64,000 nt of DNA from an uncultured Hyphomicrobiales bacterium (GCA_964581505.1 CAZOOR010000002.1:19700-83699); one strand, 5' to 3'; counted from the first letter of the stretch, positions 1 to 10,447 are shown. Program-made: numbers and translations. Notes: generated by a model not told the origin, from the letters alone.

Positions 1-381
1 TCTGATGACATTGACACGTCCGACTCCACTTTTATATGCTTTTGGATTTGAATTGGGACCGATATTTAACCACTTTGGTGCAGTTTGAATTTCGGGTGTT
101 TGCTTTTTGAATTCAGATAATTCGTTAATAATGTCAATAGCATCAGGAAATGAGCCGTCCGGCATTACCCTTGTTTCCCAAAAATATTCCCAGCGTTTGA
201 ACTTTTTCCAACCGCTTTCATCATTTGATTTTTCATTAACCCAATATTCGTTATATTTCTTCCGAATATCAAAGAAATTCGTATTCTTATTTTTTGTGAA
301 ATCAATAGCCGGTTGAGCCGATAATTCCGCTCCAAAAACTATTAGAAACAATAATAAGCTGACAACTTTTGTGAAATTCAT
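1..381 (-). CDS. N-terminal part (truncated by window edge) of a secreted BNR/VPS10-like beta-propeller protein, paralog of the adjacent gene
   Basis: Not in ORF track; translated by hand: MNFTKVVSLLLFLIVFGAELSAQ...YNEYWVNEKSNDESGWKKFKRWEYFWETRVMPDGSFP...APKWLNIGPNSNPKAYKSGVGRVNVIR. Signal peptide; GGAG SD 7 nt upstream; aligns with neighbour motifs SGFKQYKRMEW and PKWHSLGP...GVGRISCI. Confidence 0.85.
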   Translation of the reverse strand, partial: MNFTKVVSLLLFLIVFGAELSAQPAIDFTKNKNTNFFDIRKKYNEYWVNEKSNDESGWKKFKRWEYFWETRVMPDGSFPDAIDIINELSEFKKQTPEIQTAPKWLNIGPNSNPKAYKSGVGRVNVIR

Positions 382-391
382 AAGCAACTCC

Positions 392-3300
392 TTATTCAGT
401 ATTCTTTACAATTTTATAAAATGACGTTTTAATACCTGAATTGATGTTGATAAAATAAATTCCGTTCGGTTCGGCAGACAGGTCAAAATTCAATTCATCA
501 TTATTTAATTGCGTAATTGTCTTATCCATGATAATACGACCGGTTAAACTTGTAATGACAACGTTGATACCGGTAATTGAATTATTGGAAGAACGCCAGA
601 CTAATCTAAACTGCCCGTTAGTAGGATTAGGAATAATTTTTACTACTTCGTTAACAGCATCATCAACATCACTGGTAAATTCATAAGGTTCGGACATTGC
701 GGTACAGCCCGTTTCATTAGTAATTTTGACTTTATATTTTCCTGATACAGTCGGTTGTAACTCTCTTCCGGTTTCACCTGCAATTTTTTTATCGTCAAGA
801 TACCATTCATAAGATTTTGCTTCCGAAGAAACAAGTTTGTTCCCTACAAGTGTAATAATAGGTTTTTTAGCGGCTGGCTGTGTGGTTATTACCAAATCAT
901 TTGTAGAACGCTTTTTGCAACCGTCCCTTGTCTCACAGATAACCCAATAAGTTCCGGGTTTAGTAACTTTAATACGCTTTGTATCTCCACCATTAGACCA
1001 GTGATAACGCTTATATGAAAAAGTAGAAGCAATTAATGTGGAAGTATCACCCTCACAAATTGGATTATTACCGATAATTTTAATAACAAAAGGAGGTGTT
1101 TTTGTAACAGTAATATCCACAGATTCAGAATTTGCAGAACAGTTCTGTGCATCTGTAACTCTGACAGAATAGCGTCCGCGTTTCTTCACCCATATTGATT
1201 TATTCTTGCTACCTGTGGACCACTCATAAGTTTTATAAAGTCCTTTGCAGGTTAGTTTAACGCTATCACCATCGCAAAAGTCGGTATTACCTTCAATTTC
1301 AATTTCGGGACTTGATAAGTTGCAATTAACTACGGATACCTCCCATAAACCTCTGCCATAAGTACCCGCACGTAGCATTCCGCTCCCTCTGTGAATTTCC
1401 AAAGCATTGATAATAACATTCGGTAAACCGTTATTAAAAGTAATCCATTTACGGTTAGCATTATCTCGAGTGAAAACCCCCGCATCAGTTCCACAATATA
1501 ATCTATTCTGTGAATTTCCCTGTGCAACCAAGCAATTGACCGGTAAATTAGGCAAACCATCAGAAATATTTTCAAATTTTTGACCGTTATAAAACATTAC
1601 TTTACTTCCGGCACTATAACCGGATAAAGTAACCCAATATCTATTTGCAGATTTCGGGTCAACAACTATTGAAGTAACGTATTGACTCATAGTAGCAACA
1701 GATTTCCAGAAGCCTCCTCCCATAGTTGTTTTATAAATTTTATTCGCAAAAGAAAGATATAGGGTGTTAGGATTCTTCTCGGAAATAGTTAATGTCCTTA
1801 TTGTTGTTGGCGGATTTGTCCTTTGAAAATTAGAAATTCTCGTCCAATTCTCACCTTTATCAGTTGATTTCCAAACATTTTCAAGGCCAACATAAATAAT
1901 GTTCGGGTTTGTAGGATGCAGAACATAAGGTGTTACCCAAGAACCTCTTTCCTGTGTATTTTGAGTTCCAATAATTTCTTTAAAATAATTACCTCCGTCA
2001 GTTGACCTGAGTACTCGTCCATAATACAAAGAAACATATACAATTTGTGGATTGGTATAATCAATAATAGTTTTCATGCCATCACCACCGTAGATATTTT
2101 TCCATGTGCTACCATTGTAAATATGGCTTCCGTTATCCTGCGCTCCACCTGAAACAATTTTATTATTCTGACGTGAAGAACTAATTGAATAGAACTGAGT
2201 AATATTCAATCCGTTACTTAAATCAGTCCAAGAAGTTCCAAAATCAGATGACCTGTTCAATCCACCATCTGTACAAGCGTATAGGTTTTTATCTTTATCG
2301 AATATCAGTTGGTGAATATCTGCATGAACCCAGGGAAGGGAGTATCTTCCTGTCCACTCTGCTATCGGACTGAATTTTACGCCGCCATCAGTGGATTTAA
2401 AAATATTAACGGCACCCAGATATACTTCATTCTCATTGTCAGGATTAATGGCAAATGAAAGGTCGTATAAGCCCTGTCCCTCTACACCCAGACCATTTGC
2501 AAGAAAATGAAGATAATTTCGGGAATTAGATTTATCAGCACGCTTTACCCAATTGGTTCCGTCAGTTGTCCGCCATACGGAATGGAAATTGTAATAAGGA
2601 TATGCGCTAGCCATTAGGGCATACATCGTATTCGGTTTCTTTTTATTTGTAGCAAGAACTATTCTGCTAACTCCTGTTTGTTCCAATAATTTCAAAAAAC
2701 TATTGCTGTTTGCGTTATATTTTTCGATGCTCAATTTATTATGTGCATATCTCATAACGCAATAGATGGTTTTTGAATCGTTCGGTTTGAACTTCATATC
2801 ACGGCAGAAAGTAGTAGTAATACGTCCCCAATTAGTGCCACCGTCAGTTGTTTTGAAAATACCTTTATTTGTTGCGGCATATACAAGGTTTGCATTTTGC
2901 GGAGCTATTAAAATTCGATTAACGAGAGCTTTTTCCGGTACTTGAAATGCAAGATTAGTCGGTATCCAGCTATCGCCTGCATCAGTTGATTTTAAAATTC
3001 CTACACTAAACGAGAAGTTTGCACCGAGAAAACCAGCGGCGTCTGCATCACCTGTTCCTGCGTAAACAATATTATTATCCGATTGCGCTACTGCTATATC
3101 CGAAATACCAATTGACATAAGAGCCGATAATGGTAAATTAGCCCAATTAGCACCTCTATCAGTGGATTTCCATATTCCACCTGTGGCAGAACCTGCATAT
3201 ATAACTTTTGGTGAATTTGAAGCAAAAGCAATACAACTAATACGACCAACACCTGCTTTCAATCGAGAGTTATTGGGAGTAGGTTTATTAATTGGTCCTA

Positions 3301-3628
3301 ATGAATGCCACTTTGGTTGGGCAAGCATTTTATCAATATTCTTTTTGTCGCGAGAATAATCAAAGTATTCTTTGTATGCTTCAGCCAAATTCGGAATAGC
3401 ATCTGTTTTCCAAAATCTTGGTTTGATTAACCATTCCATTCGTTTGTATTGTTTAAAGCCGCTTCCTTTATATGGTTCTTTGCCATTCCAATAATCGTTA
3501 AAGCTTTTTTCAACTTCCTTAAAACTAAACTCTTTATCTTGATTAACATTTATTAGCCAATTTTGAGAAAATAAACTTACGCTTCCAAATAAAACGATAA
3601 GCAATAATGATGTAAGCAATTTTTTCAT
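392..3628 (-). CDS. T9SS type A sorting domain protein with BNR/VPS10-like (glycosyl hydrolase-like) beta-propeller and Ig-like repeats
   Basis: Signal peptide; many SxDxGxxW BNR/Asp-box repeats (STDRGANW, STDAGDSW, SSDFGTSW, STDKGENW); Ig-like FCDGDSVKL/YEWSTG modules; C-terminal IIPNPTNG...GIYFINI...KIVK typical of a T9SS CTD. Confidence 0.85.
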   Translation of the reverse strand: MKKLLTSLLLIVLFGSVSLFSQNWLINVNQDKEFSFKEVEKSFNDYWNGKEPYKGSGFKQYKRMEWLIKPRFWKTDAIPNLAEAYKEYFDYSRDKKNIDKMLAQPKWHSLGPINKPTPNNSRLKAGVGRISCIAFASNSPKVIYAGSATGGIWKSTDRGANWANLPLSALMSIGISDIAVAQSDNNIVYAGTGDADAAGFLGANFSFSVGILKSTDAGDSWIPTNLAFQVPEKALVNRILIAPQNANLVYAATNKGIFKTTDGGTNWGRITTTFCRDMKFKPNDSKTIYCVMRYAHNKLSIEKYNANSNSFLKLLEQTGVSRIVLATNKKKPNTMYALMASAYPYYNFHSVWRTTDGTNWVKRADKSNSRNYLHFLANGLGVEGQGLYDLSFAINPDNENEVYLGAVNIFKSTDGGVKFSPIAEWTGRYSLPWVHADIHQLIFDKDKNLYACTDGGLNRSSDFGTSWTDLSNGLNITQFYSISSSRQNNKIVSGGAQDNGSHIYNGSTWKNIYGGDGMKTIIDYTNPQIVYVSLYYGRVLRSTDGGNYFKEIIGTQNTQERGSWVTPYVLHPTNPNIIYVGLENVWKSTDKGENWTRISNFQRTNPPTTIRTLTISEKNPNTLYLSFANKIYKTTMGGGFWKSVATMSQYVTSIVVDPKSANRYWVTLSGYSAGSKVMFYNGQKFENISDGLPNLPVNCLVAQGNSQNRLYCGTDAGVFTRDNANRKWITFNNGLPNVIINALEIHRGSGMLRAGTYGRGLWEVSVVNCNLSSPEIEIEGNTDFCDGDSVKLTCKGLYKTYEWSTGSKNKSIWVKKRGRYSVRVTDAQNCSANSESVDITVTKTPPFVIKIIGNNPICEGDTSTLIASTFSYKRYHWSNGGDTKRIKVTKPGTYWVICETRDGCKKRSTNDLVITTQPAAKKPIITLVGNKLVSSEAKSYEWYLDDKKIAGETGRELQPTVSGKYKVKITNETGCTAMSEPYEFTSDVDDAVNEVVKIIPNPTNGQFRLVWRSSNNSITGINVVITSLTGRIIMDKTITQLNNDELNFDLSAEPNGIYFININSGIKTSFYKIVKNTE

Positions 3629-3856
3629 TTAATATAATATCCTTAAAAAATTTGATAATAGCTTTCAAAAATAAACAATTTTTATCGTTTATCGAAACTT
3701 ATTAGAAATATAAAGCCTATAAATGGTTTAAAATATGCGTATACAAGATAAGATTATTCTCTACAATCTTTTACGACAAATCAGATGATAGTATTTTTCC
3801 GTTTTATTTATAATTTGATATGGCAGGACTATAACAGTAAAGGAGGGATTGCAAAA

Positions 3857-4528
3857 TTAATTTTCCCAACCGTTTTTCCCGATAAGCGGAACAAATTTAA
3901 ACTTATCCAATTGCTGGGAAGAGTAATGCTCTTCATCTTCACGTATAATTACGAACATATCCTGAGCATTTTTTCCGCCTATTGGCAATATCATCTTTCC
4001 ACCAATTTTTAATTGCATAATTAGCTTATTAGGCACATTCGGGGCGGCGGCAGTAATAATAATGGAATCGTAAGGGGCATTTGAAGACCAACCCAGTGAA
4101 CCGTCTCCAAATTTTAAATTAATCGTTGCACCCAATTGCGAGAAAAGAGAACGGCAATGCTCATATAAATTCTGAACTCGTTCTACGGAATAGACAGATG
4201 CACCAAGCAAGTATAACAAAGCGGCTTGGTATCCGCTTCCGGTTCCTATTTCCAGCACTCGTTCACCTTCATTTATATCAAGCAATTCGGTCATATAAGC
4301 GACTGTATATGGTTGGGATATTGTTTGTTTATCTTCTATGGGAAGAGCGGAGTCCTCATACGCACGGTTAATAAAAGTAGGTAGTACAAATAACTCACGC
4401 GGCAGATAGTTCATTGCCGATAGAACATTTTCATTTTTAATACCTTTTTGCCTAAGTGAAGCAATCAGAGCTTCCCTTTGAGTTCGCATTTGATTAAATG
4501 CAAAATTATCAATATTTAGTGTTCTCAT
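3857..4528 (-). CDS. pcm: Protein-L-isoaspartate O-methyltransferase
   Basis: QTISQPYTVA, VLEIGTGSGYQAA SAM-binding motif, APYDSIIITAAAP, FVPLIG C-terminus. Confidence 0.95.
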   Translation of the reverse strand: MRTLNIDNFAFNQMRTQREALIASLRQKGIKNENVLSAMNYLPRELFVLPTFINRAYEDSALPIEDKQTISQPYTVAYMTELLDINEGERVLEIGTGSGYQAALLYLLGASVYSVERVQNLYEHCRSLFSQLGATINLKFGDGSLGWSSNAPYDSIIITAAAPNVPNKLIMQLKIGGKMILPIGGKNAQDMFVIIREDEEHYSSQQLDKFKFVPLIGKNGWEN

Positions 4529-5295
4529 TATTTGTTGAATTTTTCGATTAAAGTATTACGAAGTGAATCTTTCGGAATATTGAAAGAAATTTTGCCCTCG
4601 TGAGCAACTGACACACCACCTGTTTCCTCCGAAACAATCAGGACGATGGCATCAACCTGTTCCGAAAGCCCTAATCCGGCTCTGTGTCGAGTGCCGAGAA
4701 TTTTTTGACCGATTTTAGTTGCTGTGGATAGTGGCAAAATAGATTTTGCATAAGCAATTAAATCATTTTCAATAATTATTGCACCATCGTGGAGTGGAGC
4801 TTTGGTATTGAATATGGATAGAATTAGTTCCTTTGAAACTACTGCTTGTAATTCCACACCTTTTTCAACTGTCATTTCTACATTTTGGGAGCGTGGGAAA
4901 ATGATTAATGCACCAATGTGTAAAGAAGAAAGTTCGTTCACAGCAGTAACCACTTCGTCAACAGTTGCACTGATTTTTGATTTCACGAACATTCTTATAA
5001 AATTGGAACGAGTAGCCATCATAAGCAATCGCCTTATCTCGGGTTGGAACAAGACAATATATGCGATTAGCCAAACACTTGATATTGTTTTAATTATCCA
5101 GCTGACAACTTTCAGATTAATTGCCTCAGTAACGAACGAACCGATAATAAGGAGAATCATAATAATCAATACCTGAACGGCAACAGTACCACGCAAAGCA
5201 CGATAAATAAAGAAAAACAAAATTGATACAAGCCCAATATCTATTACATCAATTAATGAAATTGAAACAAACCCTATTTTGAATATATCAATCAT
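4528..5295 (-). CDS. cdaA: Membrane-bound diadenylate cyclase (CdaA/DacA type)
   Basis: Three N-terminal TM helices, VLFQPEIRR, catalytic PLHDGA and GTRHRAG motifs, VSEETG. Confidence 0.93.
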   Translation of the reverse strand: MIDIFKIGFVSISLIDVIDIGLVSILFFFIYRALRGTVAVQVLIIMILLIIGSFVTEAINLKVVSWIIKTISSVWLIAYIVLFQPEIRRLLMMATRSNFIRMFVKSKISATVDEVVTAVNELSSLHIGALIIFPRSQNVEMTVEKGVELQAVVSKELILSIFNTKAPLHDGAIIIENDLIAYAKSILPLSTATKIGQKILGTRHRAGLGLSEQVDAIVLIVSEETGGVSVAHEGKISFNIPKDSLRNTLIEKFNK

Positions 5296-6281
5296 TTTTT
5301 ATTTCGCATTTCCTCACGTTTTTCTTCATCATTGTCATAGGCACGTATTATTTGTGTAACCAATTTATGCCTAACAACGTCTTTTTCATCAAAATAAATA
5401 AAATCAATACCCTTAATATCCTGCAAAACTTGATTAGCATTAATCAACCCCGAGAATCCTTTTCGGGGTAAATCAATCTGAGTAATATCACCTGTAACAA
5501 TTACTTTGGAATCTTCGCCCATACGTGTCAGGAACATTTTCATTTGAGTAATGGTTGCATTTTGTGCTTCATCTAAAATAATAAACGAATTGGCAAGGGT
5601 TCTTCCACGCATATACGCCAGTGGAATAATCTCAATGATATTTTTTTCCATAAGGCTTTTCAACTTATCAGGTCCCAACATAATAAACAAGGCATCAAGA
5701 AGAGGACGAAGATATGGGTCTAATTTTTCTTTTAAGTCGCCCGGTAAATAGCCGAGACTCTCCCCCGCTTCCACAGCCGGACGTGAAAGAATAATTTTAT
5801 TAACAGTAGATTTCTTTAATTCCGCAAGAGCCATAGCAACGGCAAGGTATGTTTTACCTGTTCCTGCAGGACCAATTGCAAAAACAATATCATGAGCAAG
5901 TACACTTTTATAATAATCGAGTTGTTTATTATTTCTTGCTCTAATTGGTTCTTTATATCCCCAATAAATAACATTATCTTTTGGTAGCTTCAATTTTCCG
6001 TTTGAGTACTTCTTTTTTTGAGAAGCGAGGATTTCCAAAACAGTATAAACATCTTCCTCTTCCAAAGACTTATTTTTATTGACAATATATTCCAATTCTT
6101 TAAATACGTTCTCAATAATTTTAATTTCATCATCACTGCCTTTGACGCTAAGCACATTGCCACGTATATTAATAGCGGCTTGGAAGCGTGCTTCTATAAT
6201 ATCAAGAAACGCATCACCGGGTCCGATTAGTGATTGAATCGCATCGGAATTAATACTTATTTTCTTTTCGACTATTTCCAT
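5292..6281 (-). CDS. phoH: PhoH family ATPase/RNA-binding protein
   Basis: GPAGTGKTYLA Walker A, SRPAVEAGESLGYLPGDL, AYMRGRTL, ILDEAQN, TGDITQIDLP, VVRHKLV. Confidence 0.95.
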   Translation of the reverse strand: MEIVEKKISINSDAIQSLIGPGDAFLDIIEARFQAAINIRGNVLSVKGSDDEIKIIENVFKELEYIVNKNKSLEEEDVYTVLEILASQKKKYSNGKLKLPKDNVIYWGYKEPIRARNNKQLDYYKSVLAHDIVFAIGPAGTGKTYLAVAMALAELKKSTVNKIILSRPAVEAGESLGYLPGDLKEKLDPYLRPLLDALFIMLGPDKLKSLMEKNIIEIIPLAYMRGRTLANSFIILDEAQNATITQMKMFLTRMGEDSKVIVTGDITQIDLPRKGFSGLINANQVLQDIKGIDFIYFDEKDVVRHKLVTQIIRAYDNDEEKREEMRNKK

Positions 6282-6304
6282 AAATGTAAAATAAACAAAA
6301 ATAT

Positions 6305-6345
6305 AAAAAAAATAAGCCCCAATGTAAAAATAACATCGGGGCTTA
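6305..6345 (-). terminator. Rho-independent terminator after the LysM lipoprotein gene
   Basis: TAAGCCCC (6313-6320)/GGGGCTTA (6338-6345) stem with A-run on + strand (U-tract on - strand). Confidence 0.65.
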
Positions 6346-6363
6346 AACTAATAGGAAAATAAA

Positions 6364-7149
6364 TTATTGACCTTTAACAGGTGTTTCGGTATTTTCCATT
6401 GCTTCTCTCTTCTTTCTCCAATAGCGGCGTTCTGCTTTCATCTCTTCGGGTGTTTTCGGACCTGCGGGAGGAATAACAAAAACTTGTCCCGGGTGAATGA
6501 TGTCAGGGTTCTTGATTTGGTCTGTATTGTTCTGCCAAATCTTGGGCCATAAGAACGGGTCGCCGTAGATGTCTGTATTACCGGCGATATTCCAGAGACA
6601 GTCGCGAGTTTCAGACCATTTGCCTACAGTATAGGATTTGATTTTCTTCTCTCTGTAAAGACCTTTAATATCTCTTGCATCTTTGATAATTCTATCATAG
6701 AACTCCGGAAGAATAGCAATTTTGTTTCTTCTAAGAGCATTTAGTTCATTTTCTAATGCTTTAACTTGGTCTTTCATATCAGCCAATTCGTCATTTGGAA
6801 TTCTCTGCATCTGACGAATTTTACCTTCAATAACGCCTAATTTCTGACGGAAAGCCTCAATATCGGCTTCAGAAGCACCAATCAACTGATAATAAGTATC
6901 TTGGCAATCTTTTAATGAAGCATTTGTACTACTCAATTTTGATTTTAGAGTAGCAACTTCTTGCTGTTTTTGTTGGAACTTGCTTTCCAAACCTTTAACG
7001 TTAGCTTGGAATTTTTGAATTCTCAATAGCGCTTCGTCTTTTGTCAATTGTTGGTCTGGCAGATTTGAGAAATCCCGCTCGGGACTTGCACAGCCAATGA
7101 CAAAAATTGATAAAAGTAACACATATAATAACTTGTATGTTTTTTTCAT
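6364..7149 (-). CDS. LysM peptidoglycan-binding lipoprotein with long coiled coil
   Basis: Lipobox VIGC; heptad-rich central region; LysM-like YTV...DCLWNIAG...YGDPFLWPKIWQNN...IKNPDIIHPGQVFVIP. Confidence 0.85.
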   Translation of the reverse strand: MKKTYKLLYVLLLSIFVIGCASPERDFSNLPDQQLTKDEALLRIQKFQANVKGLESKFQQKQQEVATLKSKLSSTNASLKDCQDTYYQLIGASEADIEAFRQKLGVIEGKIRQMQRIPNDELADMKDQVKALENELNALRRNKIAILPEFYDRIIKDARDIKGLYREKKIKSYTVGKWSETRDCLWNIAGNTDIYGDPFLWPKIWQNNTDQIKNPDIIHPGQVFVIPPAGPKTPEEMKAERRYWRKKREAMENTETPVKGQ

Positions 7150-7199
7150 TGTAATTCTCCAAAAAGTTTAATAAAAAATTCTAAATCGGAATAAAAAAA

Positions 7200-7502
7200 T
7201 TATTCGGGTTTCCAGTCAGGCCAAACATCGGGCCATGTAGCCAATTTAGCTTTAATATAATTAACCTGGTCTTGGCACCGCTTTAGCTCGGCTTTCCTCG
7301 CATTAAGTTCGTTTACCAATCTAGATTTTTCATTTGTAACCTTTGAAATCTGCTCGTTCAATTTCGCCTCGTCTCGTCTGAGACCGTCTAATTGAGCCAA
7401 TTGTTCTTCAGTAATTTTATTAGAGCAACTGCTCAAGAACATCCCTGCTGCTAAGATAATCATCCCCAGTCCTGTCTTCGAGAACAAACTTCTCTTACGC
7501 AT
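7200..7502 (-). CDS. Small coiled-coil lipoprotein, unknown function
   Basis: Lipobox LSSC after hydrophobic stretch; continuous heptad pattern; C-terminal WPDVWPDWKPE; SD GGAGG upstream. Confidence 0.7.
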   Translation of the reverse strand: MRKRSLFSKTGLGMIILAAGMFLSSCSNKITEEQLAQLDGLRRDEAKLNEQISKVTNEKSRLVNELNARKAELKRCQDQVNYIKAKLATWPDVWPDWKPE

Positions 7503-7750
7503 ACTGCCTCCAAAATTATTTATAAAAAATATAACTGTTAGTATTAATTTCTAAAACTTATTATAGTTATCCAAAATTCAATCATATAAATATAATTAAA
7601 TAATTAGAAACTATCAATTTTTAATACGAAACAAATACGAAAAACTTTCATCTTTTTTTCATCTTTGAGAATTATTTTATGAAATTCTCGAAAAACGATA
7701 AAAATTCGTATTTTTGATTTTTTTACAATTGCAATATAAATAAATAATAA

Positions 7751-10447
7751 ATGAATATGAACAACGAATTTCCAAAGACTTATAATCCGGAAAAAGCAGA
7801 ATCAAAATGGTACGATATATGGCAAACGAATAAGATTTATTCTGCATCGAATAAATCCGAAAAGCCGGCATACAGTATATTGATGCCCCCACCTAATGTT
7901 ACGGGTATTTTGCATTTCGGGCATGTGCTTAATCATACTCTTCAGGACTTATTTATCCGCAGAAAGAGAATGCAGGGCTTTGAAGTATGCTGGTTCCCGG
8001 GTACAGACCACGCCGGTATAGCAACACAAACAAGGGTAGAGAAAGAACTAAAAGAACAAAATTTAACCAGATATGACCTCGGACGTGAGAAGTTTCTCGA
8101 AAAAGTTTGGGAATGGAAGGAAAAATACGGCGGTATTATTATTTCTCAATTAAAAAAATTGGGTATTTCCTGCGATTGGGACAGAACACTCTTCACTTTG
8201 GACGACAGTGCTTCCAAGGCAGTGCGTGAAGTATTTGTCCGATTGTTTGACGAAGGACTTATATATAAAGGTAAAAGAATTATCAATTGGTCTCCCCTTT
8301 CACAGACTGCACTATCCGATGAGGAAGTTGAATTCCGTGAACTTAATGAACATCTCTATACAATGAGATATTATTTTGTTGATGATAAGAACAAATATTT
8401 GCAAGTGGCGACTGTACGACCTGAAACTATTTTCGGCGATATAGCAGTTGCAGTCAATCCTAATGACGAAAGGTATAAAGAATATATCGGTAAAAAGGTA
8501 GTTATTCCACTTGTAAACCGCGAAGTTGAGATTATCGCAGATGATTATGCCGACCCAAAATTCGGAACCGGCTGTGTGAAAATAACACCGGCACACGACC
8601 CTAATGACTTTGAAGTAGGCAAAAGGCATAATCTCGAAATGCTGAATACGATTAATCCTGACGGAACTTTGAATGAAATGACCGGTGAATTTATCGGATT
8701 AGACAGATTTGTTGCCCGTAAGCAAATATTGGCAAAACTTGAAGAACTCGAATTAATTGAAAAAATTGAGGATTACACTCATAATGTCGGTTTTTCACAG
8801 CGTGGCGGCGAACCGATAGAGCCATATCTTTCCGACCAGTGGTTTGTCTCAATGAAGCCTTTGGCAAAAAAAGCACTCGAACTTGTAATGGAGGGTGAGG
8901 TCAAATTCTATCCAAATCATTGGATTAAAACTTATGAGCATTGGATGACAAATATTAGGGATTGGTGCATTTCACGCCAGTTATGGTGGGGACACAGAAT
9001 ACCTGTATATTACACACCGGACGGACATTATACGGCGGCAAGAGATGAAACGGAAGCAAGGGAAAAACTTGGTATTACTAATGATATTGAATTACGTCAA
9101 GATGAAGATGTTCTTGATACTTGGTTCTCTTCATGGATATGGCCCCTAACAACAATGCACTGGTTAGAAGACGATGCAAATCCCGAATCCGATGATATGA
9201 AGAAATTCCTACCAAGTGATTTATTGGTTACGGCTCCCGATATTATTTTCTTCTGGGTTGCACGTATGATTATGTCAAATGCAAAATTTGACGGAAGAGT
9301 ACCATTCAAAGACGTATATTTTACAAGTACTATCAGAGACGGTAAAGGGCGCAAACTATCCAAGTCATTAGGCAATTCGCCCGACCCTTTGAATATTATC
9401 GCTAAATATGGTGCAGATGCCGTAAGGTTTACAATGCTTTATCTTTCACCTCTCGGTCAAGATGTGAAAATGGATGTCGATGTGAAGAAACAAGACATTC
9501 CTGCAATGGAAATCGGTAGAAATTTTGCAAATAAAATTTGGAATGCAGGCAGATTTATTTTATTAAAGAAAAGTGAAATATCAAATTTCAATCCTGATGC
9601 AAAATTAGAAAATCCAAGTATTTCCGAAAAATGGATTTTGTCGAGATTGAACAATACAATTAAGCAAATTGATAATGTGCTTGTTGATTACAAGGTAAAT
9701 GAATTTTCTAAAATAATATACGAATTTATATGGCGGGATTTCTGTGATTGGTATATAGAAATATTCAAGGTAGGCTTCAATGATGCAGATAATGATGAAG
9801 AGAAATCGGCATTGATTAATCTGGTTCTTTCGGTTTATTTGGATATAATAAAATTACTGCATCCTTTAATGCCGTTTATTACTGAGGAATTATATCACAT
9901 TATCACCGGTGCAGATGACAATGAAAGTATTAGTTTACAGGAAGCATCAGTAGCTGACGAGACGCTTATTATTCCTGAAATTGAAGATGATTTTGCAGTG
10001 TTCCAAATGTTGGTGGACGAAATAAGAAGTATGCGTTCGCAGATTAATTTAACATCGCAAAAACTCCCGATTACAATAGTGAGCAAGGATAATAATTTAC
10101 TAAAAATACTGGATAAGCTCTCGGCTGTTATTAAGAATTTCGGTAAAGCGAAAACAATTGATGTAGCAAGTGAGTTCTCCAAGCCTTCAAATTGCATTTC
10201 ATCGGTAGTCAGAAATAATGAAATTCATATTATTCTTGATGAAACAATTGATTTGGAAAAAGAAAAAGAAAGAATGAATAAGGAACGCGAACGATTGGAA
10301 CGAAATATTAAAGGTATTGAAGGCAAGCTGAAAAACGAAAATTTTGTAAATAGAGCGCCAGCTGACGTGGTTGCTTACGAAAGAGAAAAACTTAATAATA
10401 TGAAAGAAAGTTTAGAGAAAATTATAACAAATATTGAGAGTTTATAA
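7751..10447 (+). CDS. valS: Valine--tRNA ligase
   Basis: PPPNVTGILHFGH (HIGH), GTDHAGIATQ, DWCISRQLWWGHRIP, DVLDTWFSS, KLSKSLGN (KMSKS), C-terminal coiled-coil arm. Confidence 0.98.
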   Translation: MNMNNEFPKTYNPEKAESKWYDIWQTNKIYSASNKSEKPAYSILMPPPNVTGILHFGHVLNHTLQDLFIRRKRMQGFEVCWFPGTDHAGIATQTRVEKELKEQNLTRYDLGREKFLEKVWEWKEKYGGIIISQLKKLGISCDWDRTLFTLDDSASKAVREVFVRLFDEGLIYKGKRIINWSPLSQTALSDEEVEFRELNEHLYTMRYYFVDDKNKYLQVATVRPETIFGDIAVAVNPNDERYKEYIGKKVVIPLVNREVEIIADDYADPKFGTGCVKITPAHDPNDFEVGKRHNLEMLNTINPDGTLNEMTGEFIGLDRFVARKQILAKLEELELIEKIEDYTHNVGFSQRGGEPIEPYLSDQWFVSMKPLAKKALELVMEGEVKFYPNHWIKTYEHWMTNIRDWCISRQLWWGHRIPVYYTPDGHYTAARDETEAREKLGITNDIELRQDEDVLDTWFSSWIWPLTTMHWLEDDANPESDDMKKFLPSDLLVTAPDIIFFWVARMIMSNAKFDGRVPFKDVYFTSTIRDGKGRKLSKSLGNSPDPLNIIAKYGADAVRFTMLYLSPLGQDVKMDVDVKKQDIPAMEIGRNFANKIWNAGRFILLKKSEISNFNPDAKLENPSISEKWILSRLNNTIKQIDNVLVDYKVNEFSKIIYEFIWRDFCDWYIEIFKVGFNDADNDEEKSALINLVLSVYLDIIKLLHPLMPFITEELYHIITGADDNESISLQEASVADETLIIPEIEDDFAVFQMLVDEIRSMRSQINLTSQKLPITIVSKDNNLLKILDKLSAVIKNFGKAKTIDVASEFSKPSNCISSVVRNNEIHIILDETIDLEKEKERMNKERERLERNIKGIEGKLKNENFVNRAPADVVAYEREKLNNMKESLEKIITNIESL

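Noticed and set aside
7503-7750. T-box leader upstream of valS
   Set aside because: No T-box consensus or stem I; the region is a plain AT-rich divergent promoter.
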